NCBI GenBank assembly: GCA_030704615.1
Contig: CM060733.1
Location: forward strand, 64,046,001-64,110,000
Length of the DNA stretch: 64,000 bases
Reading direction: 5' to 3'
Origin: Takakia lepidozioides
Taxonomy: Eukaryota > Plantae > Bryophyta
In this document: one piece after another, positions 37,992 through 51,487 of the stretch
How the letters are laid out: every line of letters begins with the position of its first letter
How positions within the stretch are numbered: position 1 is the first letter of the stretch
The notes under the pieces: generated by a model
Seen by the model: the letters and a program-made list of their open reading frames with translations, nothing else
Database searches by the model: none
What the model was told of the DNA's origin: nothing
Program-made: the position numbers and the translations under genes

Positions 37992-40900
37992 TTAACTGTC
38001 ACCCAATAAAGTAGAGAGCACGAGTTGTTGCACAAACTTGGCGCGTAATGCTGCCTGCTTCAGTCTCTGTTCCCGCTCTTCTGCTGTTAGCGAGGAATCA
38101 ACACTATCCCCACCAAGCAAACCACAGGAAAGTGAATACGGCTGACAATGTATTGTCAATAACAAGGCTCTACGCTCTCCATCAAACATGGGTCGAAGCC
38201 ATGGGTGCATCAACACTTACAGTCTAAACTGCAGGCTGACAGTCAGGCAACTACTCCCTGTGCTGGGAATATACTCACTTGGGTCTATGCAACAGATGTG
38301 AGTGATCCTAAATTTTAATTATGGAAACCCGACAGTAGCCTCAGAAAATCACATGAGGCAGTCTCGTACTACAACCCCTCCAAGCTCCATAACCATTCAA
38401 AATGCCAGCCTTATTTAGGATTCAGCTGAAAGTAACTGCTAAAACAGAATCTTAACTATCTCCCAAACATCTGCCCACAATTGTGTTCTATTTCCAAAAA
38501 AATTCCCTACCAGAAACCCCTCATGGATCTAACGTCTTACAAGCCTTTACGCACATTTGACAACATCATCCTGTTTGGGCACAGCTTAGGTCATGGGATT
38601 GCCATGGTCATGCATGGAGGCAGACTGCTGTACACAAGATATAGGGGGTTATAAGGTCTGATGCTCAAGAAGCAGAAGTCACTTGGCAGGCCAACAAGAG
38701 TATCTCAAAATTTTCTTCTCCAGGAAAGGAATCCCTTCTATGCATGTACCCTAGCTGTGCCTCACCTCGTAGTTTTAAGCTAACCTGCATGAAGGACAGG
38801 ACTGCTTCTTCTAATAACAATCATAGGTTGAGCAATTCAGAGTTGAACACAGCATGCAAACTACAAATAATTGAAGCTGCCGAAGAGGGTGGATCTCAAA
38901 TACAGAAGACTGAATCTTAACTGCTGAAGGTATGGAAATGGATCCGAGACAGAAAAAGACAAATGATAAAGCCAGCCATGATTCAATTCGCCCCAGGAGA
39001 CACAGCAACTGAGAAAGACTTTTATTACATCTGTGGGAGGCCCAAAGGGCCCAAGGGACACGAGCAGACCAACAAAAGTAGCACCACAGGAAACAAACAG
39101 AGAGAGAGTGAGAGAGAATCCACAACTAACCTCAGCTTTTGCTGATGAATTGAAGAGGAGGGCTTGGATGGGATATCGTCAGAATTGGTACTCGGCTTGG
39201 GTGGATCTTCTGCCTCTGGAATGGGAAGGCTGTACACCAGAGTGGAGAGAAGGGGGTCAGAAGCAGTGGTCGTGAGGGCGCCAACACGTGACATACCACC
39301 CCCTAAGAGGGCCTGCAGGTGCGCTTCCCGAAGCTCTTTTCCCAGAAGTGACAGAGTGGCACTTGATGGTGCTCCCGCCCTACGAAATCTTCTTCGACGC
39401 TGTATGTAACCGTCAGTCAAGGCTGTACCACCAAAACCAATAAAGCCACCGCAACAAACTTTGGCATGACAGCAATTGCTACTTTATCTGATACTATCCC
39501 CATCCCCAAAAAACTGGCTAAGTGTCCAGGAAGACATCAACTGCCAAGAGTTGGTCTTATAGTTATGAGTAGCCCATGTAACCATGCGGAACCAACTCCC
39601 ATGATCAAAAAGTTGTAGGGTGGTTGGACAGGTCAGAAAAAGTAATAGGCTGGAGACAAATTGACAAGGCTATTAAGGGCAATAGAAAAGGCAGCAGTGC
39701 CTGTAAAGATCAAGGCTTTGACCCAGATACCGTCTTCCCCTAGCAGGACTGATATCTTTGCCAAAATGTCAAGGGAAGGCTGGAATTTTGCCTGATTACC
39801 AGATCGACACAACAAACCCCCCTCCCTGCTGAAACAACACTGGTAAGGAGGTGTGACAGAACATGAACAGCAGCACAACACAGGATGCTTCTTGTTGTGT
39901 CAGGTATGCACCTTGACATCCCAGTTTCCATGGCCCCACAACATCCTTTCGTACTACACTACAGTTTAATGACAATATGGAGGATATCTTGAACAGATGA
40001 CCATGCTGCAGCGTGATGTGGCCCACCATGTCTTTACCAATCTTTGCTGCACAAACTGGGCATATCTGTTTTCCCCACCCAATGCATGGAAAAATCTGAA
40101 CTGTTAAAAGGTCCACACTGGGTGGTGCTCAAAGACAATTACAACCCAGAAAAAGGAAAAGGCCTCTAGATTGGAAGTCTTCAGCAACCCTGATTGCGAT
40201 CAAACCGAAGACATTTTCTGACAAAGTATCACTGTCAGTGACATGAATTGCATCAACCTCAATAAGGACATGACCATGGTAACCAGGCTCGAGGGGGGTA
40301 AAACCCTGCATCCTTTGGCCAGCTTCAACTTGAGGCACAGAAGTGGCTATTGGTTTTGATGAGCACAGCAGCAGAGTCACCTTGATCCCTTGTCAGCCAA
40401 ACTACCATCCTAATATTATAATGTTCAACCAAGGTCAAAATCTTGAAGTGGGAGAATGTCATTGAACTATATCTACCATTGTACCTCCAACCATATACCT
40501 CTTTAATTCACAATTTCAGTAGCCAGTCCTGATGCGTGGAAACTAGCAATGCCCAACAAACCAGTGCATGTGTGAGAGTCTTGTGTACATGTTGATGAAA
40601 GCTTTATGTGAGTGTGCAGGTACTCTCCTATGTACAAAGCTTCAAATGCTTTTCAAGCACACAAAACACTACAAGAAGGCTTATATTGTTCAACATAATT
40701 TGCGACAAAAAGGAAGAATTAGTTCCCTTTCAAGCACACAACTCCTGATAGAACATCTAATGGAGACCACCCCCCCTCTCGTACTCGAATCGAACAGTCC
40801 CCTACAATGAATAGCTCTCACACAATGGCATTTACGGCCGTATTACATCGGAAAGATGTTCTTCTGACTGCTAATAATTTGGGTTCATGGAGATATGGTC

Positions 40901-42396
40901 CAGTGAGCATTAATTAATGCATAGCAAGAAAGAGGGAAGGACACACTTGAAGCAGGCGTTGATTCAACTAGTACGGTACCCAGAACACTGCAAATGTCTG
41001 AAACCTCCAAACCATTACTCAGGCTTCCAGTAGTCACCTCAGGACTCTGCAACACTGCCAGTACAACGGGCTCCAGCCAGTGGCTGCAAACCATACCTTT
41101 TAAAGAGTAGAATTTTCAAGCCAGTCATACACTATGAGAGTTGATGGCAACAAGTGGTACAACCGGAAAACTTACAGCAGCCTTGGATTCAAAGCAATGT
41201 TCATCTTCAAGATGCGAGCAGAGGGAGGTAATGTCAAAGTCTTCATAGCAGTAAGGGCATGAGAAGTCCGGCCGAACATCCTCATCACCATCCACATCAT
41301 CTAGGTTTATATGCCGATCTGTACCCAACACCCGCAAAAGGTGCACAGCCCACTTAGCAGAATCACTGGCCTACTACAACTTTTGACTAAAGGAGTGTTG
41401 CCAAGATGTATCCTATACTAATAACATGTCCACAAGCTCCACACTGGACTTATGGAAAGAACTTGAGGGCAGTAAATCTGCTGAGAAATCTACCATTTCC
41501 ATCCTCAGCATATGTAGGCATCACTGGTACAGAATCATACACGCTTCACCAGTAGGGTTAATTACTGGTGGATGCATCATTAGGTCTCATAGGGAACTCT
41601 TGAACCCTATTGGCGATCTTGATTCCCCATCATCATGCAGCATTGGGGTAAATAAAGACCAATTCCTGAGGCATGTGTGACTTCCTGCAGAACTTCTACA
41701 TCCAACTCTAGCAAACAGTGCGACCAGACACAATCCCACATGCTAAAAGTTCTTGCATATTTCCTGCCACCCTAACCAAAAAATTGCCAAAGGACCCAGT
41801 AAGAGCCAACACAAGGCAAGGTGCGATCAACATAGTAAGGAGATTCATGAATGGCAATCACTGCCATCCACACTTCTCCCACACATTGGTGGATATTTGT
41901 GTCTATATAAGATGTTTGAACCTAACTTTAAGACAGTGTGTGCTGTTCATGTCCACACCATCTGTTCCAATGCGGAGGTTGAAGGTCGTGTGATCCTTAG
42001 CATAATACTGGAAGAAGGATACCGTCGACACAAGTATGGAATCCGTGAAGGGAGATATCTCCAAAGCTAATTAACGACCAATTCACATTCCAAACACAGC
42101 CCCTGTCAGAAAACCTCTCGTCATTGTCAATTCGATCATGAGCATTTCATGAAATTCCCAATGGTTTGTAATCGAAATGCACATGGCTACCCGATGTGCA
42201 AAACATTGTGTGCAGAGTCTCCGCCATAGTTCGCACGAAACAAGACAAGTAACCAGAAGAGAAATGACAAACACTTTCAACCTGCTGGCTTACGGCGACA
42301 AGGAGATCACGCACCCAAGTGAGCGGATTGTGAAGGCTGAAGAGAGTGGTGGCGTTTAGACGTTGACATGCGCGCCGCCCAAAGCTCCCCGTCCAT
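37992..42396 (-). CDS. DI19: Drought/dehydration-induced 19 family zinc-finger protein, 229 aa; exons 42396-42315, 41318-41176, 40065-39988, 39405-39131, 38103-37992
   Basis: MDGELWAARMSTSKRH; FSCPYCYEDFDITSLCSHLEDEH; ICPVCAAKIGKDMVGHITLQHG; TLSLLGKELREAHLQ..DPLLS; RAKFVQQLVLSTL. Exons sum to 690 nt with consistent splice phases. Confidence 0.93.
39406..39987 (-). other. U12-type AT-AC intron (DI19 intron 3)
   Basis: Donor ATATCCTC, branch-like CCTTGAC about 10 nt upstream of the acceptor AC; splicing gives in-frame FK|IQRRRR. Confidence 0.9.
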
Positions 42397-45300
42397 AGCG
42401 TCGCCTGCCTCCTTGGCTTTCCCTTTCCCCTTAAGCTGCCTAACCTTGCCAGCAACTAACCGTCCCTTTCCGTCCCTCCCTCCCTTACCTATCCCACCCT
42501 TCCCCTCGCTGGCCTTGCCTTCCCTCGTCACTTTCCTGGCCCTGCTCACGTCCTTCTCAATGGTTCCCCCACCGCCTACCCTGTCACATGCCTCCCGGGT
42601 TTCTATCCTGCTCGAGCCCCAGGGGCCTCCACCTTCTCTCCAATTACCCCCAATTACCCTCTCGATGCTTAACGCATGGACAAATGCAACATATTCTCGT
42701 CGCATACACAAACTTCAGCACTGTAATACAAAACCTCCACGCCACCCTGACACCCGAGGCTCACTGCGAAGCTTTTACCAACACCTCGCAACCAGCTTAC
42801 CGACACTAGATATCAGCGAGTGCTAATCCCCCCGCAGGCCTGCACGCTAACAGGGCTCGAAAAGCTATGGAGGTGTTAATAAGGCGTGGTGGGGTGAAGG
42901 AGGGGAGGCAAGGGACGGGGTGGAGCCCTGATCATGACCCAACTGTTTTTACCGCGCTTCCCTGTTCTTTTCCCTCTAGTAACTCTTTGCCCTCGTACAT
43001 TATACTTTACCGCTCATTCATTTCATTTCCCATGCCCGCTCCGAACAATTTTCTGCTGCCCCCAACACCTGCCCCTCCGGAAAGGTTTTCTGTGGGGATG
43101 CGTTTCTGCTGTCATCAACGGGGCTCCCCAATGCAGCAATGCAAATCATCACCGCATTACTCTGACCATGTCTCCATTCTTGACCTAATAATCTCGTGTG
43201 CGCCACGTGCTCTGCGGGTGTGTGTGCACCAAGACTGCCTGCGAGGGGAGGGCCCCACTCTTGAACGAGTGACTGAGTAAGTGAACCAGGGTCAACCTGC
43301 CATGCAATTATCAACAAACTGAAATCAGTGTTGGAAGAGAGATTTGATTGATGAGTGTTATTTAGGCTATTGCTCAATCACACCTGTCCGTGAGGCTCAT
43401 CTTCCACATTGCTGTACGTTGCTTGCAAGTTGTGTGCATCTCAAGACATGGTTGATCCTTGCAAACATGCTTGAAGGTAGGTAGGTAATGCTGTTTTGTG
43501 TTGGTGCGCTATTTCTCTCTCATGCTGCCATGTAAACTGCCGAGTAACTTCAAACATAAGTATTTCTTTTCTTCCAGGGTCCCAGCCTGAATTCATCCTA
43601 GCTGTCATGGAAAAGCAGCTCACCAACTCATCCTTTTTTATCACCAAATTTCCAGAATTCTACTTAGGGTTGATTGTACAAAAAGCCTGCTTCAAACATG
43701 ATCATGCCTTGGTAGGAGTGTGTCCGAGCATCAGCTTTTATCTTCCACTTGTTCCTCCTTACGTCACTGATCCCACTTGCATCAGCAATGTAATGTCACC
43801 TTTCTCCTTCCTCATTATGGCCTGTAACTTAGTAAGTTTGTCCCCCATGGTGCTGCCTCCCTCGCAACAGGTACTTCCTACGTCAGAGTGGAACATCCGC
43901 ACCTGGACCGGGGCAGTCTCCGAATCTTCGAGTTTCGCACGACGCTTCTTCCAAACCGAAAAGAGTGGAAGCGCCCTCGCAGAAGGTTCGTCGGAACCCC
44001 CCCTTCTTGAAGTCATTGGGATGTAGGTACTTTCTGACTCTTCCGTCACTTATGATATGTGATCAGATCACGGAGAGGAGGTTCAGAGCCGCAGTGAAGA
44101 AATAAAATGCAAAGACAGGAGGGAAAAAGACACGAGAAAGAAAGCAAAAATAAAAACATGGTACGATTGGGGAAAGCGTGAGCCCAAGGCCGCAAACCTG
44201 GACTAGGCTAACACGAGATGTATGCCATCAGCAATGAAGCGCTGTGAGCAGCGGATCCAGCCATGGCCGGGAGAAGCTGAGAAATTTGGCAGGACGGTGG
44301 AGAGCTCGGGCAGCAACCAAGACGACGATGGAGCAGCGAGACCACGCGAATATGTCCAACCACCCCAGGTCAAGGGTTCAAATCCGCTACATTTGTGGGG
44401 TGGGCCATTCTGAACGGTTGAGTCCATTCATAAAACACTGGCTTTTGATTTGTTGTTGGCTAGCGACGGCCACTCGCCAAGCATTTCTCAAGTTTTTACT
44501 GGCTCTGGTTGACTGGGCATCGGTGCCAAAACCAGTTTGATCATGTTCTACCTCCCCCAACTAACACCTCTAATCTACCCGACAATAGGTACTTAGTACT
44601 TACCAAGAAAAAGATGAAGAAGTGACAATGGAAGAGGATGACATTCTGTAAGTACATAAGTTTGTGAGTTTGTAAATTGACTATGGATGAAACTAGATGT
44701 CGGTAGACTACCCGCTTGTTTAGGTAAGTTAGGGCCAGGCCGCACCTGCCGGGCTAAGGAGCCCAAGAGGTTAGTAACAAGGCATTTTGGATGAGCGGGT
44801 TTACAGGAAAACGGCGTTGACCCCCAACCTCCTTTAACCTTACGCCGCACCTGCCGGCTATAGAACCGGTGCGAAAAAGATTTCAGCACTCATGCGTTCA
44901 TCCTTCACGCACACTTTTTCTTGGGAACGCATAATAGAACCATTCATGTACATGAGGGGAACATACAGAATGCACTGCAGTGTTGCTGCCAATTTTGCGA
45001 AATCTCCCGCAGGTTTAGCTCGAATTCGCATGGGCTCAGAATTCATCAACGCTTCATCGTGGATCAACCATTCGTGAGCAAACATGGAGCACAGACTTCG
45101 CGAACTCGATTTTGGGTGAGATTTTGCATTTTTTCACAAGCGCCTTTTAGCTGGGTAGTTATTGTAGTAAGACTGTTTCGATCGCCTCTGTTTCTGTGAT
45201 TTCATGTAAGGTTCCGAAATTTAGATGAAATAACCCATTCAGGCAGAGAAAACACGAATATTCTGCATTAAATGGAGAAATCGGCACATTTAAACCCTTA

Positions 45301-46552
45301 TGTGTTCCAAAAAGCCGTTATCCAATGACGTAAGGGGATGTTTTCTCAAGTTAGGGGAAAATTAATTGCATTTCAGCTGTTGTTTTCATTTGAAACCGAC
45401 CGTATCCATTAAGTGGTCATTTTTCGTACAGGAGGTTGCCGCAAATAAAGTATAATTTCGGCGCCGAAATTATACTTAACAGTCCAGACATGGCAAGTCC
45501 AACAGGCATGGACAGCAACCGTGAAGGGCACTAATGGCAGGAAAACGTGGCATGGTGCCGGTTTACTTTTCGGGCAGGATGTATTTCAGCGCCGAAATAT
45601 GGATGAAATGTGCCCAAGTGTAGCGTTCTGCACTGTTCCGAAATTAATTCCGGTTCCGATATCCGACTGACAGGTGTGCTCATGATGGATGAGGACTGGG
45701 GAAGCGATGAATTTCGGCGCCGAAATATGGATGAAATGTGCCCAAGTGCAGCGATCTGCACTGTTGCGGAATTAATTCCGGATCCGATATCCGACTGACA
45801 GGTGTGCTCATGACGGATGCGGCTAGGGAAGCGATGAATTTCGGCGCCGAAATTCATCCGTCCGTGGATGAAACGTGCCGACCTGACTGTTGAATGTCGG
45901 TTGTTGGTTTGATTTCATGGTAGTTGGGTTTCATGATGTGCGGATAGTGCATTGAATGCCGGCTACTGCGGGAACAGCATCCGGTGAACGGAACGGTATT
46001 TCGGCGCCGCAATTCGGATAAAGCGTCTTCTACTGGTGGCTTGAACAGGCACGCGTCACATTCCAGGCAACTTCATCCGTCCGAACGTGTCAGGGGTCGC
46101 AATCTCTTCATCATCCATACGGCGGAAAGTGTGTTAGCCTAGAGTTTGTGGAAGGTCAGGTGACTCCGGCGCAGAGAAGGAGGACGCGGGATTTTGGGAA
46201 GCCACCGACGACACGACTGAAGCTCCGTCTCATGCAGGAAATACAGACCTTGTTATCCGGAGACTCGGATCGCACACTAGTGAGAGATTTGTGCTTCACA
46301 GATGTGAAGCCCTCCATACAAACTATTCCTTTTACGCCCTTTTTTTTGCGTGCAGTGTGCCATGTTTTCCTGTTTATTTGACATGGGAGCTGGGGAGGGA
46401 TCGCAGGGGGGCGACCCAACACAGTCAACTTTGGATACTCCTGCCCGGGTGCTGGAACTGCATCGAGGCAGACGACTCCTCACAGAACACCTCAAAAATC
46501 GCCTCAGAAAAACCCACCTAGAGTCCGGAAGCCGAGGAAGCAAAAAGAGCCC

Positions 46553-49500
46553 ATGGCTTCGCCTGTAAAACCACTTGGGAGACTGGAATCCGAGATATTG
46601 GGTTTGCAAGCAGTTTCACAAGTCACGGATGCGGTGGAGGCCGCTGGAGATGTCGGACTTGAATCTGTAGAAGGGCGGCCCATTGAGCTGACAGAAGCTG
46701 AGGACGACAACGTGGTGCAACTTGACGACTTCCCAGGAGATCGGAACCTGGTGGAGCTTGCTGAGGAGCAAAAACTCCAGGACAGCAGACAGGCTAGTAA
46801 GAGAGGTGAGAGAAGTCAGAAACTCCTGGTGGGTATGCTCATGAGCGCACGAGACATGAACATAGCAGCAAACAGGTTGCTGGCAGGGACTCATAGCAAC
46901 ATAGGCCGCGTTTTGGGCTCCATGGTATATCTCGAGAATCTGAAAGTTCTTTTGTGTCGCATGGTTAGCCTTCCAGTAGTAAGGCAAGCACTGCCAGGGG
47001 ACATCGACCGACTGAAGCACAACTTCAGAGAGGGGTACAGACGGGGATTGGCAGCATTCTACGTCTCCATTGAGAATGACTAGGGTGTCACAAAGGGCCC
47101 CACTGCAGAGGAGCTTCAGAATTGGAGCCCCCACTGGCACACTGTAAATGCCGAGTTTGAATCCTCTCTGAAGACTAATCCCACATTCGCACACATGGCA
47201 GGGAAGATGTTCTTCGTCTGGGACAGGAACCACAGGATGCTTGTCTGGACAAAGTACATAGCTGAAATGCATCCGCAAGATATCAACTGGCATTACATGG
47301 TGGACTGCATTGTCGTGAAGGTGGACGTGAGGGACAGAGGACCGCTGAAGGGTGCCATGGCGGATATAAATCTGTAGTACACTACTATATCCTTCTGTAG
47401 TACCTATTGCGGCGCCGATATAGGCAATGTTCTTGACTGTCACCCACTGTATGAACTGGAAATTGGATTGCTGTGCTGAAATCTGGTTATTTTGGTATCA
47501 TAGTTTTATGTTGTTCCTCTTTTTTTCTCCGTGGCAGGATAACAGAGAGGGCCTTTGTGGAAACTCACCTGGCACATACGCTCTACAGAGTGCAAGAAGT
47601 GGGCACAGCACCGCTGATGGACTTCCAAAAATCCCTCGATCCCGAGCTGTACAGGAAGTCCCTTGCGAAAGGAGATCGCACCTGGTACCGACCAACACTG
47701 GACGCCATGGTGGAGATCCTCTATTCGGTGAGGTTCATCTCAAATTTCCCGATTTAATGCTATTTGTTGCAGGGATCAGTGGCCTGACTGTATCCACTGG
47801 GTATGGGAATGCAGACGAACATTAGGGATGACTTGGCCTATGCCAAAAGGTAGTTTTTTGAGAGTGATGCCCCCAACAAAGCGGACGCGTCGATAGAGAG
47901 TCACATTGTGCAGGCAGGGAGGCGATCACGGACCAAGTACAGGTCCAAACTTGTGAAGCAAGTTGCAATCGCTGACCCTGGCCTTGGTGCCGAGTTCCTG
48001 GCGGAGATAGGACTGCATTACTCCAGACCCATGAAACTGGAAATGTCCATGGAGAAACTTCATCATATCGCAGTGTCTTGTGTTGAGCCGGCGGAGAAGG
48101 TTAGCATGTGTTTGTTCTTGTTTTGTGTCTTCTCGCGATTCTCATGATGAGGTTCTTTTGTCTGACCGATGTTAGGACATGCAGACGAGGTGGTTGTGAA
48201 TCTGGAACGGCCATACAAACACGAAGCTGCTGTACCACTTTACCAACTGACGACAAAATGAACGACTGGCTAAATGTGATGACTTGGTGGCATCAGGTAT
48301 AATGTCCTCCTCTTCTGTGTGTTGGACATCATCGCAATTTCAAATTCATGAATGTTTTGGAGACATGCACTGTTGTAGGTACTGACCCATGCCCAGGAGC
48401 AATTGGATTGCAACACCACCACTTTCAAGTTACAGATCGACTGGACGAAACCGGAGACAATGGAGAACTACGTGCAGTCCTGGCGAGGGCGCTTCGCAAA
48501 CCTCTTTTTCAGAGAAATTGTAAAGGCAAGACGCAGTGTATACATCGAAGAGCAGGAGGGTGCCGACAAAGCGGCAATGCGAGTCATGTTCAGGTAATCT
48601 GCTGCCAATGCATCCCCCTCTTTGCAGTTTTGAGAATTTAGCCAAGCAGTGGTGGGTATTGCGGCGCCGAAATATCCCTCTGCAAGATGTGAATGTTGGG
48701 TAATTGGGGCACGCTCCATTGCGTATTTCGGTGCCGAAATACCTTTTGCATTCAGAACTTCCTCTTGCATGATGCATCAGTGGCATGATTTTTGTTGAAG
48801 TGGCTCGTGATTGCAGGTACATAAATTTTGCTCTCATTCCATCCGGAGCCATTCAAAGGGTTCCACCATTCTTCCTGGCGTGGAGGACACCTGGAGGACG
48901 TGGTACGATGTACACAGAAGTCATGGCGAAGGAATGGCATGTTGAGCATTTGGTAGACTGTCCCTGGTGTGTGGATCTCCCAAGTGGGACCGTTGACCTC
49001 TCGGAGGTTAACTTGAAGAAGGAAACGAATGCCCGGGCTATGAAGGCGCATTTGGATCCCAACCAGAGGACGCGGCAAAACTGAAAGCAGAGGAGGCAGC
49101 AAAGCAGAAAGCACTGAGAAAGTCGGCCAAGGCAGCAGCGTTGGCGAAGGAGCAGATGGAGAAGTAGGCAGCTGAGCAGCCCAAGGACATGAAGAAAAGA
49201 ACGCGCAAACAGGGGCAAGAGACGAAGAGCCCCACACCCAAGAAGAAGAAGCAGCAACATAGTTAGCCAGATGACGAGGATTTCGACGACGATTTCCAGC
49301 AGGATAACACCCAGGGGGCCACACCTCGTCCGAAAATTCACAAGGGCCAGCGCTCCGGGGGTTCAGCTGCGAAGAGATCACAATACGAGGATGCACCTGG
49401 CAGACCCTACCGTGCGGTGTACATTGCGGGCAGGGAAGTCCTCAAAACACCCACAATTGTGGAGTGTGTTAATGAAAATTTCCTAAGTTCTATGACCAGA

Positions 49501-51487
49501 AGGCTGGAGAAAACAAGATTGAGGAAGGCGATGGAGGCCCACCAGGGGAAGGGGAAGAGGAAGGCCACTGGCAATGAAATCGAGGACACTCCCGGCTACA
49601 CAAAGATGATGGAGTATTTTTGTGGCGATGAGCCACGGCAAAAAGAGCACAGTCGGGGGCAGGGTGGTGAAAGTCTCCATCGACATGATCCTTGTGGATA
49701 TCCCGGATGGGCAGGAGATACTGGGACTGGGCTCACTACCGTGGTGGAACAAGTACGACAAAAGATACTGGAGCCACACATTCGGGATGGAGTATTTTGT
49801 GGCGATGAGCTACGGCAAAAAGAGCACAGTCGGGGCAGAGCGGTGAAAGTCTCCATCGACATGATCCTTGTGGATATCCTGGATAGGCAGGAGATACTGG
49901 GACTGGGCTCACTACCGTGGTGGAACAAGTACGACGAAAGATACTGGAGCCACACATTCGGGTTCGCAGCCAACATGTTGGACGACGACGGTTGTATTGT
50001 TGTGCTAGCAGCCGATGGAGAAGTCACTGAGAATAATATCAAAGTATGGACGGGGAGAAGTGCAGCACCCATCCTGAAGAAGATCTGGACTTGCATCAAC
50101 ACGCAGGGTCTTGTCAACGAGGGTCACAAGGTATGCTGCGGTTTTCCTCTGTTCGGCGCCGAAATTGCCCATATACGTGTAGGCCACCTCTGACGTTCTC
50201 CTTTCCTTCTTTGCAGACTCTTATCTTTCAGGCATTCTGCTTCGTGATGGAACATTCGAAATTCAAATTACGTCAAGCAGGCAGACTTGTTGATTCTGCA
50301 ACAGGGTCCAATTCGGGCAAGTCTCCCAGCATTTCCTCGACGGACGACTCTGCAAGGCTGAGTGTATGCACAAACAAAGAATGAAGCACATCAGAACATT
50401 CAAACAGGGAATCATCGGCAGGTTGCATGGTCCCTACAACCGAAACCAATACACTTACTATGGTGCAACTCACTTGAAGACATGCATTGGGCGATGGGGC
50501 TTTGGGCGTCCTTGAATCGGACGAATTTCCTGGATTTCCTCCTCCTCCCCTTCCTCCTCCCCTTCCACGTCCTGTTCTGCGTTGTTGGGATCCTCAGTAG
50601 GAGGCAGACGCTGTAGGCCCGCCAAATTGAAATCGTAGAAGGCCGTATCCCCCTCAAATGAGAACACAAATCGGTTGGACATCCTTTCCGCCCACATACA
50701 GGCACCTGCGAATCGATACGACAGAACCAAAGCCAAAGTCAATACTTGCGAATTCATACGACACAACCAAAGCCAAAGTCAACAATGACTCGCTTCCTCG
50801 CGCAAACAAACAAAGACAATCAAAAACGGTGTCAATTTCGGTGCCACAATCACATAACGCTCTCACCTGTATTAGCAGTGACATCGAGGACCCTGCCTTC
50901 AACATCCGTACACGTTTCCATGAGCATCTGGATGAATGCAGGACTCCTGGTCCTGCCATACCTCCAAGGCTTGCCCGACAAATCACAAAGCATGTCATTC
51001 TCTCCCACATGGTTGAACAGAACGTTATACTCCAGTGGATCAACTGAGGAGGAGACAGAATCGCATCGGCCATTCTTTGCCAGAAAATTGTTTCTTGCGA
51101 GTCCCCAGAAGCCCTTTTTTCTACCACCCCTATGCAGACACGGCTGCCAGAGAAGCCATCAGGAGGGAGGATAGGCCTAATCGGTTCGAGCAATTGATAT
51201 TCGAGAAGGAGCAGAGAATTATAATGAGGCATGAGGCCAAACATGGAATTGTGAAAGGCAGAGTAGGCAAGTTCGTCATAGAATCCGCGTTTGAGAACGA
51301 GGGGGATGATGAGGACAGTTCCGCATCCAGGTGGACAGTTCCAGCTGGTGAGGATGGTATTTTTGAGAGGAGGGCTTCTCAAAGTAACAGCGATATCAGT
51401 AGTGAAGGTTCGGAGGCAGGTGGAGGGCAGCCATCCTTGCATGAGGCCAGGGATGCATTGGACAGTGATCGCGGATCCTCGCCATAG
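46553..51487 (+). pseudogene. Spliced gene: ParB/Srx-like domain plus beta-class N6A/N4C DNA methyltransferase-like domain (3' exons locally inverted)
   Basis: VRQAL..DIDRLKHNF..GY and FFVWDRNHR (DGNHR-like); IDMILVDIPDG (motif IV position); MLDDDG; on the minus strand at 50470-51050, PWRYGRTRSPAFIQMLMETCTDVEGRVLDVTANTG^ACMWAERMSNRFVFSFEGD (motif I region). GT-AG introns, premature stops and an internal duplication. Confidence 0.65.
49608..49962. repeat. 178-bp tandem duplication covering the putative catalytic motif
   Basis: GATGGAGTATTTTGTGGCGATGAGC at 49608 and 49786. Confidence 0.9.

Noticed and set aside
43441-44049. Short ORFs upstream of DI19 (possible uORF or separate gene)
   Set aside because: No recognisable motif and no consistent exon structure.
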